In this document: positions 9,103 to 18,931 of the stretch, piece after piece
Layout of the letters: every line of letters starts with the position of its first letter
Numbering within the stretch: position 1 is the stretch's first letter
NCBI GenBank assembly: GCA_037441845.1
Contig: JBBIRK010000003.1
Span: 96,001-160,000, forward strand
Source: Candidatus Zixiibacteriota bacterium
GTDB lineage: Bacteria; Zixibacteria; MSB-5A5; UBA10806; 4484-95
Direction of reading: 5' to 3'
DNA length: 64,000 bases
Made by a program: the position numbers and the translations under genes
The notes under the pieces: generated by a model
The model's input: the letters and a program-made list of their open reading frames with translations, nothing else
What the model was told of the DNA's origin: nothing
The model's database searches: none

Positions 9103-11730
9103 ATGAGTGCATTCAGAATCGGAATGGGAATGATTTTGGCGATCGGCCTTTTGGTCGGTCAGGTCGTTTCCGCCTCGGCAAAGGAAAAACCCAAAAGCGA
9201 AGAGCCCCCCAAAACGGAGGGGAAACCTTTCGAAACGGTTATCAAAGATTTCTCAAAAATCGAGGGCATTTTCACTTTTTATATCAAAAAAGATGAGGGC
9301 AAAGTGCTGATGGAAATCAAGCCGGCGCAATTCGATTCCCTCTACCTTTGCTGCATGACACGATCCACCGGAGACGGAACCTATTACGACAACGGCGCGG
9401 ACTTGGGTGATTTCCCATTCAAATTCAAACGAGTAGGCCAGAACGTGCAGATGCTTTCGGTCAATACCAGATTCCGGGCTGACAGCGCGGCGGCTTTATC
9501 CAAAGCCATCGAACGCGGTGTCAGTCATTCAATCTTCGGCGTAGGCAAAATCGAAAGCCAGCCTCGCAAAGAGGACGGCGCCGTTCTGGTGAACCCCGCC
9601 GGTTTTTTTATCCAGGATCTCACCAATCTGGGCTATTTCCTCGGCAAGCAGCGCCAGCTCGAATATAGTTTCGACAAGGATAATTCCTATTTCGGAACCA
9701 TTAAATCGTTTCCGTTAAACAGCGAAATCGATGTCGTCTGCCATTTCAAGACGAACAAACCCAACGATGCGCAGAGTTTTCCCAGCCCATACAGCATGAT
9801 GCATACTTATCATTTTTCGCTTTCCGGCTTGCCGGTCACCGATTATGTTCCCCGCCTGGCAGACGAGCGCGTCGGCTATTTCCAGACGGTTTATCAAGAC
9901 TATTCCGATCTCAGCCGGGAAACTCCTTACGTGAGGTATATTAATCGCTGGAATCTGAAAAAGGCGTTTCCCGATTCCGCGATTTCTCCTCCCGTCGAGC
10001 CGATAGTGTTTTGGTTGGAGAACACGATACCGATCGAGTATCGCCCGTATGTCGAGGAAGGCGTCTTGTTATGGAATAAGGCGTTCGAAAAAATCGGTTT
10101 CCGTGACGCTATCGTCGTTAAGCAGATGCCGGACACGGCAAGTTGGGATCCGGCTGATATCCGGTATAACACAATCCGTTGGGTGATTTATCCGGGACAG
10201 GCCTATGCGGTCGGACCGTCGCGGGCCAACCCGTTCACCGGGCAGATTTACGACGCCGACATTAGGGTCTGCGCCGATTTCATCCGCTTTATGTATAGTT
10301 TCTCCGAATATGTCGTGGAGCCGTTGAAAGGAAAGACCGGAAACGAATTCGAGGATCAACTCACCCCGTTCGCCGATCGCCGCTGCGATTACTCGAGAGA
10401 ATCGGCCCAGAACGCGGCGGTTGCCTATACTCTTTTGTTGACCAGGGACGATTTCGCCCAAAAGCCGGAATTGACCAAGAGATTCGTGCGTGAATATATC
10501 ACCGACCTGGTGATGCACGAGGTAGGACACACGCTCGGCCTGAGGCATAATTTCAAAGCTTCCAGCATTCGAAGCAATGCCGATAGACTCGATACGATCC
10601 TGGTCAATTCCCAAGGGATTACCGGCTCGGTCATGGATTATAATCCGGTCAATCTTGCTCCACTGGGCAAGCCGCAATCGGCGTTTTACCATCTCGGCCC
10701 GGGCACCTACGATTACTGGGCGATCGAATACGGCTATCGGCAATTCGGGGCAGATTCGCCGGAATCCGAAAAAGACTCGCTCGATAAAATTGCCTCGCGC
10801 AGCGGTGATCCGCTTTTGGCCTATGGCACCGATGAGGATAATTTCGGCAACTCCATGAGGGCTATCGACCCGCTTTGCACCCAGTTCGACTTGACCTCCG
10901 ATCCGATCGCCTATTTTACCGATCAGATCGCCCTGAGCAAAGAGCTGTGGAAAAACATAGAAACCAAATTCGAATCGCCCGGCGCCCGTTATCAGAAACT
11001 GCTGGCCGCATTTCAGCGCGGTTTCCGGTATTATTTCCAAGCCGCCGAGATGATGCCGCGCTACGTTGGCGGAATTTATCGTCATAATAATCATGTCGGT
11101 GATGAAGGAAGCGCCCCGCCGTTCCGTCCGGTGGACGGCGCCACCCAAAAAAGGGCGATGGCGTTTTTACGCGATCATATTTTCGCCCCCGATGCTTTTG
11201 TATTCCCTCCTTCGCTATTGAACAAACTTCAACCGGAAAGACTCGAGGATTTCGGCTGGTCCGCCGGTAGGGCTAATAGAATAGATTATCCGGTGCATGA
11301 TATGGTGTTCTCCATTCAAAAAGAGCCGATAGATCGCCTGCTCAATCCAATTGCGCTGGCGCGGATGCAGGACGGAGAGCTGCGTCGAGCCGCCGGAGAG
11401 CCCGGTTATTCGATGGCTGACATGTTCGGCGATTTGCGGCGGATGCTATGGACCGAGTTGTCTTCGGCCTCGAATGTCAACAGCTATCGCCGGGCCATTC
11501 AGCGTTATCACGTGGATAAGCTGATAGGAATGATTCTGGAAAAGCAACCGGGGTTGCCGGAGGACGCCAGAGCGCTGGCAAGGCGCGATCTGGCCTGGGT
11601 TCAACGCGGCATAACCACCGCTCTTGCCGCTGCTACCTTGAATACTTTCACGCGGAGCCATTACGAGGAATCCAAAGCCAGAATTGAGGCGGCCTTGAAA
11701 GCGGGATTGGAACGCAATCCTAAATTATGA
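9103..11730 (+). CDS. Secreted zinc-dependent metalloprotease (metzincin, EcxA/DUF5117-DUF4953-like)
   Basis: Signal peptide; HEVGHTLGLRHNF zinc motif; SVMDY Met-turn. Confidence 0.9.
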   Translation: MSAFRIGMGMILAIGLLVGQVVSASAKEKPKSEEPPKTEGKPFETVIKDFSKIEGIFTFYIKKDEGKVLMEIKPAQFDSLYLCCMTRSTGDGTYYDNGADLGDFPFKFKRVGQNVQMLSVNTRFRADSAAALSKAIERGVSHSIFGVGKIESQPRKEDGAVLVNPAGFFIQDLTNLGYFLGKQRQLEYSFDKDNSYFGTIKSFPLNSEIDVVCHFKTNKPNDAQSFPSPYSMMHTYHFSLSGLPVTDYVPRLADERVGYFQTVYQDYSDLSRETPYVRYINRWNLKKAFPDSAISPPVEPIVFWLENTIPIEYRPYVEEGVLLWNKAFEKIGFRDAIVVKQMPDTASWDPADIRYNTIRWVIYPGQAYAVGPSRANPFTGQIYDADIRVCADFIRFMYSFSEYVVEPLKGKTGNEFEDQLTPFADRRCDYSRESAQNAAVAYTLLLTRDDFAQKPELTKRFVREYITDLVMHEVGHTLGLRHNFKASSIRSNADRLDTILVNSQGITGSVMDYNPVNLAPLGKPQSAFYHLGPGTYDYWAIEYGYRQFGADSPESEKDSLDKIASRSGDPLLAYGTDEDNFGNSMRAIDPLCTQFDLTSDPIAYFTDQIALSKELWKNIETKFESPGARYQKLLAAFQRGFRYYFQAAEMMPRYVGGIYRHNNHVGDEGSAPPFRPVDGATQKRAMAFLRDHIFAPDAFVFPPSLLNKLQPERLEDFGWSAGRANRIDYPVHDMVFSIQKEPIDRLLNPIALARMQDGELRRAAGEPGYSMADMFGDLRRMLWTELSSASNVNSYRRAIQRYHVDKLIGMILEKQPGLPEDARALARRDLAWVQRGITTALAAATLNTFTRSHYEESKARIEAALKAGLERNPKL

Positions 11731-11901
11731 GACCGCCGAAACGACGAACGAGAAGATGGGGAATGATTTGCGCGTTAGACGGGCGGCGGCCGTCGTCGGT
11801 TAAGGCGAACTTTATGATTGAAGGATGCAGGCTGCTGTCTTATAATCCCGCAAGGGTACGCATTGGCGCCGTTCCGCCGAAATTCAATAGGGGATACTCA
11901 G

Positions 11902-12354
11902 ATGAATTCAAATAGCAGAAAATTCGGGCTTATGGCGGTTGCGGTGATCGCGACCATAATCATCTTTTTTCTTATTTTACTTTTCGCCGGCCGTAAGAAA
12001 CAAGGCGATGTTTCTTCGGAATCAGGGCCGATGATGGATCGTTCGAGCGGCGGCTTGGCCATGATTCAGCAATCGGATATTGAGAACGGCAAAAAAATCT
12101 ACATGCAGCAATGTGCCTCTTGCCACGGAGACAACGGCAAAGGCGACGGTCCATTGGCCGTTCGTTGTGTTCCTGCGCCGGCGAATTTCGCCTCAGGCGT
12201 GTTGAAACACGGTTCGTCTCCTGATGCAATATTCAAAAGTATCAGCAATGGGATAAAGGGCACCATGATGGCGTCGTACGGATTTATAGATGAAAAAGAC
12301 CGCTGGGCAGTCACCCATTATGTTTTGACTTTGATGCCGGAAAATAAACCTTGA
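11902..12354 (+). CDS. Membrane-anchored monoheme cytochrome c
   Basis: N-terminal TM helix, CASCH heme motif, distal Met (GTMM); start revised to ATG 11902. Confidence 0.88.
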   Translation: MNSNSRKFGLMAVAVIATIIIFFLILLFAGRKKQGDVSSESGPMMDRSSGGLAMIQQSDIENGKKIYMQQCASCHGDNGKGDGPLAVRCVPAPANFASGVLKHGSSPDAIFKSISNGIKGTMMASYGFIDEKDRWAVTHYVLTLMPENKP

Positions 12355-12475
12355 TCGATACACTATCGACGCGGATTTGGCTATCACCGTGAGCTATTTC
12401 AAGACCGGAAAGCGAAAATCGCCTGTCAACATTATTGCGGCAACTATCAGCCGAACATAACAAGCCGAGGGGATT

Positions 12476-13534
12476 ATGACCGATTTTAATGAACCGTATT
12501 TATCAAAAGCCATGAGTCTGTGGCTTAAAATTCTGTTGGTTCTGCTTTTCATTTTAATAGTATGGGGCGCGCTGGTAAGACTCACGGGCTCCGGTCTTTC
12601 GATACCGGAATGGCCGATCGTCAACGGCACCATTCTACCGCCTTTGAGCGATGACGACTGGCAGGCCGTTTATAGAACCTATTACCTCGAAGTACATAAT
12701 ATCAGCGATCCTTACGGCCCCGAAGTCATTCAGCTCGAGAAATTCAAGACGATGTTCGCGATCGAATATTTACATAGAATGTTGGCGGCGATCGCGGGGA
12801 TTATCTTTATCGTGCTTTTCGTGCATTTCATGCGCGATTCGGCCAAACGCAAGCGGGTCGGCTACCTTATGACGCTGGCCGGAGCGCTGCTTCTGCTTCA
12901 GGTGGTGCTCGGCGCGGTCGTAGTCAAGGAGGAGCTGAAAGCCGAATTAGTGGCCGGCCATCTGGCGGTCGCTTATCTTTTCTATTCCGTTCTGCTTTGG
13001 GTGCTTCTGCGTCTGGGCCGAAGGACCGATTCCAATCATGCAAAATCGGCGTCGATAAGCGGTCTTAACAAACCTGTATGGTTGATGGTAGCAGTTCTTT
13101 TTTGTCAAATAATCTCGGGCGGGTTGATGGCGGGGTCGGGCGCCGGACATATCCTGAATACTTTCCCAAAAATGGGCGGGCACTGGATCCCTCCGTTGTC
13201 CCAGCTCTATTCGTCATTGCAAGGCGGCTTGTGGAACAATCTGGTGGAGAATCGCGTGCTTATCCAGTTCATTCATCGATGGTGGATTCTGGCGCTTATC
13301 GCCGCGGTCATTTGGGCTCGCGTGGGAGTTGGGAAATACTCCCTCTCTCGTCGCGGCAAAATTTATTTCAGAATGGTCGATGTCCTGCTCGTATTGCAGA
13401 TTGTTTGGGGTATCGGCAACCTGGTCATGAAAGTGCCGGTTTATATGAGTGCAGGACATTCGGGGATAGCGTTGTTGTTGTTCACTTTTTCGTTGATGGC
13501 TGCCCACGAGGCTGGATTTGCGGCTAAAAAGTAA
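12476..13534 (+). CDS. ctaA: Heme A synthase (COX15/CtaA)
   Basis: GALVRLTGSGLSIPEWP, EYLHR, QFIHR; multiple TM helices. Confidence 0.92.
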   Translation: MTDFNEPYLSKAMSLWLKILLVLLFILIVWGALVRLTGSGLSIPEWPIVNGTILPPLSDDDWQAVYRTYYLEVHNISDPYGPEVIQLEKFKTMFAIEYLHRMLAAIAGIIFIVLFVHFMRDSAKRKRVGYLMTLAGALLLLQVVLGAVVVKEELKAELVAGHLAVAYLFYSVLLWVLLRLGRRTDSNHAKSASISGLNKPVWLMVAVLFCQIISGGLMAGSGAGHILNTFPKMGGHWIPPLSQLYSSLQGGLWNNLVENRVLIQFIHRWWILALIAAVIWARVGVGKYSLSRRGKIYFRMVDVLLVLQIVWGIGNLVMKVPVYMSAGHSGIALLLFTFSLMAAHEAGFAAKK

Positions 13535-14402
13535 AATTCTCGCCCTTTTTCGATTGACCAAACCCGAGATCATGCTGTTGGTTTTGATCACCGGCGCCGC
13601 ATCTCTGGTTATCGAAAAAAGTTTGCTTGGCAGCCCGGTTCGTTTTGCATTGGTCCTGCTCGGATTGGCCCTGATCGGCGGTTCCGCCAATGCGTTCAAC
13701 ATGTATTTCGAAAGAGATATCGACGCCAGAATGTATCGCACCAGAAGGCGCCGGCCGCTGCCCATGAAAATAATCGAGCCGACTACCGCGGCTGTGTTCG
13801 CCGCCTTTATCGGATCGGCGGGCGCGGCGATTTTCTTTTTCGCTTTCAATCTGCTCAGCTGTCTTTTGGCTGTCGCCACGATCGTCTATTACGCTTTTTT
13901 CTATACTCTTGTTCTGAAACCGAATACGCATCATAACATAGTTATAGGTGGCGCGGCCGGGGCTATGGCACCGATAATCGGTTGGGCCGCGGCCGCCGAT
14001 TCGCTTGCTTTGCCGCCGATACTGTTGTTTCTGGTGATATTTCTATGGTCGCCGCCGCATTTCTGGTCGCTGGCCGTCCTGATGAGGAAAGATTACGAGT
14101 CAGTGGGCTTGCCTATGTTGCCGATAGTGCGCGGTGACGAGGAAACATTCCGGCAGATACTGATTTATAGCATTCTGCTGACTGTCTCCTCATCTTTTTT
14201 GATTTTTATCGGTGCCGGGCCATTCTATTTGGTATCGGCACTCGGACTCGGCGCCATGCTGATTCATAAGGCAAGAAATCTGCGATTGCGATTCACCAGC
14301 GACAGGGCACGGGATTATTTCGGTTTTTCTATCGCCTACCTATTCATGCTTTTCGGCGCGATAATGATGGATTCGTTCTTGAATTCTTTGTTTCAGAATT
14401 GA
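13518..14402 (+). CDS. ctaB: Protoheme IX farnesyltransferase (heme O synthase)
   Basis: NMYFERDIDARMYRTRRRRPLP, WSPPHFWSLA, DYESVGLPMLP. Confidence 0.94.
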   Translation: MRLKSKILALFRLTKPEIMLLVLITGAASLVIEKSLLGSPVRFALVLLGLALIGGSANAFNMYFERDIDARMYRTRRRRPLPMKIIEPTTAAVFAAFIGSAGAAIFFFAFNLLSCLLAVATIVYYAFFYTLVLKPNTHHNIVIGGAAGAMAPIIGWAAAADSLALPPILLFLVIFLWSPPHFWSLAVLMRKDYESVGLPMLPIVRGDEETFRQILIYSILLTVSSSFLIFIGAGPFYLVSALGLGAMLIHKARNLRLRFTSDRARDYFGFSIAYLFMLFGAIMMDSFLNSLFQN

Positions 14403-14565
14403 CATACGGTCCTGATCCATATTCCCTTGCAACGGACGCCCCCGGCGTAGTTGATAAATTGATTTTTATTGATTTGATAGTCAGAATTGCGTAAATACCT
14501 TGGTTTGAGAAGAGGAATTCGTAATGAGATCATCGCCGGAGTCGCTTTCCGGTTAGCGGTAGAAA

Positions 14566-15660
14566 ATGGAATTCGAATATCCCGATACGACGATAGCGCG
14601 GCGCAAGAGCGAACATCTGCGGCTTGTCGCCGAAAAGGACGTAGTGCATTCGCAGGGCACGGCTCTGGGTGATGTGGTGTTGTTCCCCGAGGCACTTCCG
14701 GAACTCGATTTCGCCGATATTCGAACGGACATTTCATTTTTCGGCAAGACCTTGGCGGCTCCATTGATGATAACCAGTATGACCGGCGGTGCCGATTACG
14801 CCGGCAAACTTAATCGCGCTCTGGCCTCGGCCGCCTGGCGCCACAACATCGCTTTTGCGGTCGGCAGCCAAAGGGTGATGATCAGGCATCCCGAGGTCAC
14901 TCAGGATTTTGCGGTAAGACGATTCATCCCCGATGGGGTTCTGCTCGGCAATATCGGGGCAGTGCAATTGGCGGAATATCCTCCGAAAGTAATCCGAAAA
15001 TTGATCGACGATATCGATGCCGACGGAGTCTGCGTTCATCTCAATGTTGCCCAGGAATTACTGCAAAAGGAAGGTCACAGACGATTCAAGGGGATCGCCG
15101 ACCAAATAGGCAGGCTGGTCGATCAACTCGAAGGACGCGTAGTCGTCAAAGAGACGGGCGCGGGCTTGTCGCCACAATGTTTGCGGAAATTATGTTCGCT
15201 CGGCGTAAAATACATAGATGTTTCCGGGGCGGGTGGGACTTCCTGGACCAAAGTGGAAATGCACCGCGCGGAGGATGAATTGTTGAAAAGATCAGGTCAG
15301 ACTTTCGCCGACTGGGGCTTGCCTACCGCATTCTGCGTGGTTGCAGCTCGAAAAATATGCGGCAGCCAAATTACCGTAATCGGCTCGGGGGGAATTAAAA
15401 ACGGTCTCGATGTCGCTCGGGCAATCGCATTGGGTGCGGATATGGTGGGATTTGCGCGACCGGCGTTGTTGGCGTTTTTAAATGGGGGAGAGGATGGGGT
15501 CGGACGATTGATTGATATTATTAAAAATGAATTGCGTATGGCCATGCTGCTTACCGGCGCCGGTGATCTGAAGCAGTTGCGCAAGATCCCCCGATTATAC
15601 ACGGGTCGGCTTCGGGAGCTGCTTGACGCCGGTGGATTGATAAACAAGGCGAAAAAATGA
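14566..15660 (+). CDS. fni: Type 2 isopentenyl-diphosphate delta-isomerase
   Basis: RKSEH, SMTGG, GSQR, HLNVAQE, KETGAG, GAGGTSW. Confidence 0.95.
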   Translation: MEFEYPDTTIARRKSEHLRLVAEKDVVHSQGTALGDVVLFPEALPELDFADIRTDISFFGKTLAAPLMITSMTGGADYAGKLNRALASAAWRHNIAFAVGSQRVMIRHPEVTQDFAVRRFIPDGVLLGNIGAVQLAEYPPKVIRKLIDDIDADGVCVHLNVAQELLQKEGHRRFKGIADQIGRLVDQLEGRVVVKETGAGLSPQCLRKLCSLGVKYIDVSGAGGTSWTKVEMHRAEDELLKRSGQTFADWGLPTAFCVVAARKICGSQITVIGSGGIKNGLDVARAIALGADMVGFARPALLAFLNGGEDGVGRLIDIIKNELRMAMLLTGAGDLKQLRKIPRLYTGRLRELLDAGGLINKAKK

Positions 15661-17963
15661 ATACAAGACAAGGTCAGGAAAACAAACAAAAACAGGTCGA
15701 TCTCGAACGACCGAAATCGTCGAGAATACCCGGATTTTACCGTTTGCCCGTGGAGCAGCGGCTGGCCTATCTGGCCAGAAGTTTCGAATTGTCCGACGAG
15801 CAGCTGAATGAACTTCGCAACGGCAACGCTTTGCGGATCGAACACGCTGTAAATCTTGTGGAAAACGCCATAGGCGTGTTCAGCCTTCCTCTTGGGCTCG
15901 GGCTCAATTTCCTCATAGATGGCAAAAATTACATAATCCCGATGGCTATCGAGGAAGCCTCCATTATCGCGGCCGCGTCCAAAGCCGCTTTGATTATCAG
16001 AGCCGGCGGCGGATTTCAGACTGATATCGACAAGGCGGTAATGATCGGCCAGGTTCAGGTACTTGATCTACCCGATCCTGAAAAGGCTGCGGCCGTCCTA
16101 CACGACAAAAAGAAGGAAATTATCGAGCAGGCCAATCTGGCTGGCCCGCGCATGGTTCTCCGTGGCGGCGGCGTATTCGATATCGAAACCCGCATAATCG
16201 ATGGCGGCCCGAGTGTCGGGAAGATGCTGATCTTGCATTTGCTCTATGACGTTTGTGAGGCTATGGGCGCAAACGCCATCAACTCGGCCTGTGAGGCGGT
16301 CGGCCCCTTGGTGGAAAAATTGACGGGCGGCCGTGTCAATCTGCGTATCCTTTCCAATTTGGCCGACCGAAGATTGGCTCGGGCGTCGTTCAAACTGCCG
16401 TTTGAATATCTGGCCACCAAGGAATTTACCGGAGAACAGGTGGCCGTAAGGATGATAGAGGCCGGTAGATTCGCCTTCGCCGATCCGTATCGCGCCGCCA
16501 CTCACAACAAAGGGATTTTCAACGGTATATGCGCCGCCGCCCTCGCGCTGGGGCAGGATTGGCGGGCCATCGAAGCCGGCGGGCATGCGTATGCGGCGCG
16601 GACGGGCCAATATCGCAGCCTGACCGAATACAAAATAGAAAATGGTTGCTTGGTGGGCCGAATCGAACTGCCGTTGCAGGTCGGCTGGGTGGGCGGCATA
16701 ATCAATTCCCATCCCGGAGTAAAAACCTTGCGCAAGATCAGCGGCGTGAAGACCGCCAGGGAACTTGCCGGAGTTTTGGCATCGCTGGGCCTGGCTCAAA
16801 ATTTCGCGGCTTGCCATGCGCTTAGCACAGTGGGTATCCAAAAGGGGCATATGGCGCTGCATGCCCGCAGCGTGGCGTTGAGTGTGGGTGTGCCGGCCGA
16901 GGAAGTCGATGCCGTCGCGCAGGAGATGATCAAACGCGGCGAAGTGAAAGTGGCGGCCGCCGAGGAAATCTATCGGCGGATGCTGAAGCTTCCGAAGAAG
17001 AGAGAGAAGACCAACGAATTGCCGGTAAGATCATTTGCACCGGGCAAGGTTGTGCTGTTTGGTGAGCACGCCACCGTATATAATTATCCGGGGATTACCA
17101 CTACGATAGGGATAGGATTGACCATAAGTCTAAGCCGTGACCCGGACGGCCCGCGTTTCATTACGCCGAAATATAAGCAAGTATTCCCCATGCGCAGTTC
17201 CGAGGTCGATGTCCGGGTCTTCTCGCGGGCTGTCGAGCAGGCTTTGTCGATGTATGGCATTCAGAAAGAGCCCATAGCGATAGAAGTCGAATCGGACCTC
17301 GTGCCCGGAATGGGGCTTGGTTCGTCGGCGGCCTTTTCGGTTGCGCTATGTTCGGCTATTCGGCAATATAAGAACATCTCGACGCAGAACCGGGTGGACA
17401 GCGGTCTATTCGATGAAGTGCAGAAGCTCGAATCGATTTTTCACGGCACGCCGAGCGGTATCGATGCCGCCACGGTGCTCTCCAACGGCGTTCTCTGGTT
17501 TCGCAAAGGACCGCCGCGCGAATTGTTACAGCTTCGCACACCCATAAATTATTCGGGTATCGTCTGTCTGGTCGAACCCGGAGCTCCAACGATCGAACTT
17601 GTTCGCAAAGTCAGGCAAGAACGCTTGCGCGACCGCCAGAGAGTCGATTCGATCTTGGAAGAAATCGGCGCGATCACGGTCGATGCAGGCATCGCTCTCG
17701 GTATCGGAGACAACCAGGAACTCGGCCGGTTGATGTTCAGAAACCACGAACTTTTGGCGAAGCTCGGCGTCTCGACACCCGGACTCGATAAGGCGGTATC
17801 GCTGCTTCTGGATAGAGGCGTGCTGGGCGCCAAGCTGACCGGATCGGGAGGCGGGGGCGCCGTCATCGCTCTGGTCAAACCAGATACTCAATATGAGCTG
17901 ATCAATCAATTGTCCGAGGAATTCGCCCTAGTTTTCGGGTTCACTATCGGAGCGTCGTCCTGA
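15657..17963 (+). CDS. Fusion of class II HMG-CoA reductase (N-terminal ~440 aa) and mevalonate kinase (C-terminal)
   Basis: ENAIG, EAMGAN, THNKGIFNG, GIQKGHMALH, then APGKVVLFGEH, PGMGLGSSAA, GAKLTGSGGGG, all in one ORF. Confidence 0.93.
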   Translation: MNTRQGQENKQKQVDLERPKSSRIPGFYRLPVEQRLAYLARSFELSDEQLNELRNGNALRIEHAVNLVENAIGVFSLPLGLGLNFLIDGKNYIIPMAIEEASIIAAASKAALIIRAGGGFQTDIDKAVMIGQVQVLDLPDPEKAAAVLHDKKKEIIEQANLAGPRMVLRGGGVFDIETRIIDGGPSVGKMLILHLLYDVCEAMGANAINSACEAVGPLVEKLTGGRVNLRILSNLADRRLARASFKLPFEYLATKEFTGEQVAVRMIEAGRFAFADPYRAATHNKGIFNGICAAALALGQDWRAIEAGGHAYAARTGQYRSLTEYKIENGCLVGRIELPLQVGWVGGIINSHPGVKTLRKISGVKTARELAGVLASLGLAQNFAACHALSTVGIQKGHMALHARSVALSVGVPAEEVDAVAQEMIKRGEVKVAAAEEIYRRMLKLPKKREKTNELPVRSFAPGKVVLFGEHATVYNYPGITTTIGIGLTISLSRDPDGPRFITPKYKQVFPMRSSEVDVRVFSRAVEQALSMYGIQKEPIAIEVESDLVPGMGLGSSAAFSVALCSAIRQYKNISTQNRVDSGLFDEVQKLESIFHGTPSGIDAATVLSNGVLWFRKGPPRELLQLRTPINYSGIVCLVEPGAPTIELVRKVRQERLRDRQRVDSILEEIGAITVDAGIALGIGDNQELGRLMFRNHELLAKLGVSTPGLDKAVSLLLDRGVLGAKLTGSGGGGAVIALVKPDTQYELINQLSEEFALVFGFTIGASS

Positions 17964-18931
17964 TGACCCGGGTGATCGCCCGTGCCTGCGCCAACATAGC
18001 TTTACTCAAATATTGGGGCAAGTTCAGCCGGTCCGGCAATCTGCCGGCGACTCCGTCTATTTCGCTTTGCCTCGATAAATTGAGCACCACTACGACCGTT
18101 TCCTCAATTCCCGGGAACGAGGACCTTTTTCATATAAACGGAAAAAAAATATCCGGCGAGTCGCTCGATCGATTGCGCGATTTTCTAGATTTGTGGCGGC
18201 GGAAGCGGCTTGTTTCCGGTGCGTTCCGAGTGGATTCGGTAAATCGTTTTCCTACGGCATCGGGTCTGGCATCGAGCTCATCCGGGTATGCCGCCCTATG
18301 CCTTGCCTTGGCCGCTCATTCACGAAAGCGACTTAAGTTCAACGAGCTCGTCACTCTGGCAAGAATCGGCAGCGGTTCCGCGGCGCGCTCGATCGTCGGC
18401 GGTATGGCCGCCATGACCGCGGGAAAAGGTTCGCGCGTGCTCGGACTCGCCAGTGCGGCCGATATTCCTTGGGGGATGGTGATAGCTTTGGTAAATGCCC
18501 GACCGAAAACGATAAGTTCACGCGAGGGGATGAAATTAAGCGCGATTTCCAGCTCTTATTATAGAAATTGGCTGCTTTGCGGCCGCCGACAATTCAAAGA
18601 AATGCTCGCCGCGATAAGGATATTCGATCTGACTAAGACCGGCGAGATCATGGAGGGGAATACTCTGGCGATGCATGCGTGCATGTTGACGACCGCTCCG
18701 CCGCTTATCTATTGGGAACCGGCGACGATCAATCTTATCAAAGCCTGCCGGGAATGGCGGCGCGGCAATCTCGAGACCTATTTCACTATCGATGCCGGAC
18801 CGCATGTGGCGTTTCTGGCCAGACTGAGCGACCTCGAATCAGTGAAGGCGCGGGCGAAGAAAATAGAAGGAGTCACCGGAGTGATAAGTTGCAAGGCGGG
18901 GGGACCGGCGGAGGTGATTTCATGCAGTTGA
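17963..18931 (+). CDS. mvaD: Diphosphomevalonate decarboxylase
   Basis: NIALLKYWGK, PTASGLASSSSG, ARIGSGSAARS, TIDAGPHV. Confidence 0.93.
   Translation: MTRVIARACANIALLKYWGKFSRSGNLPATPSISLCLDKLSTTTTVSSIPGNEDLFHINGKKISGESLDRLRDFLDLWRRKRLVSGAFRVDSVNRFPTASGLASSSSGYAALCLALAAHSRKRLKFNELVTLARIGSGSAARSIVGGMAAMTAGKGSRVLGLASAADIPWGMVIALVNARPKTISSREGMKLSAISSSYYRNWLLCGRRQFKEMLAAIRIFDLTKTGEIMEGNTLAMHACMLTTAPPLIYWEPATINLIKACREWRRGNLETYFTIDAGPHVAFLARLSDLESVKARAKKIEGVTGVISCKAGGPAEVISCS

Noticed and set aside
14451..14485. FNR/CRP site in the TTGAT-rich tract before fni
   Set aside because: Four direct TTGAT half-sites but no TTGAT-N4-ATCAA palindrome; may be simple AT-rich promoter DNA.
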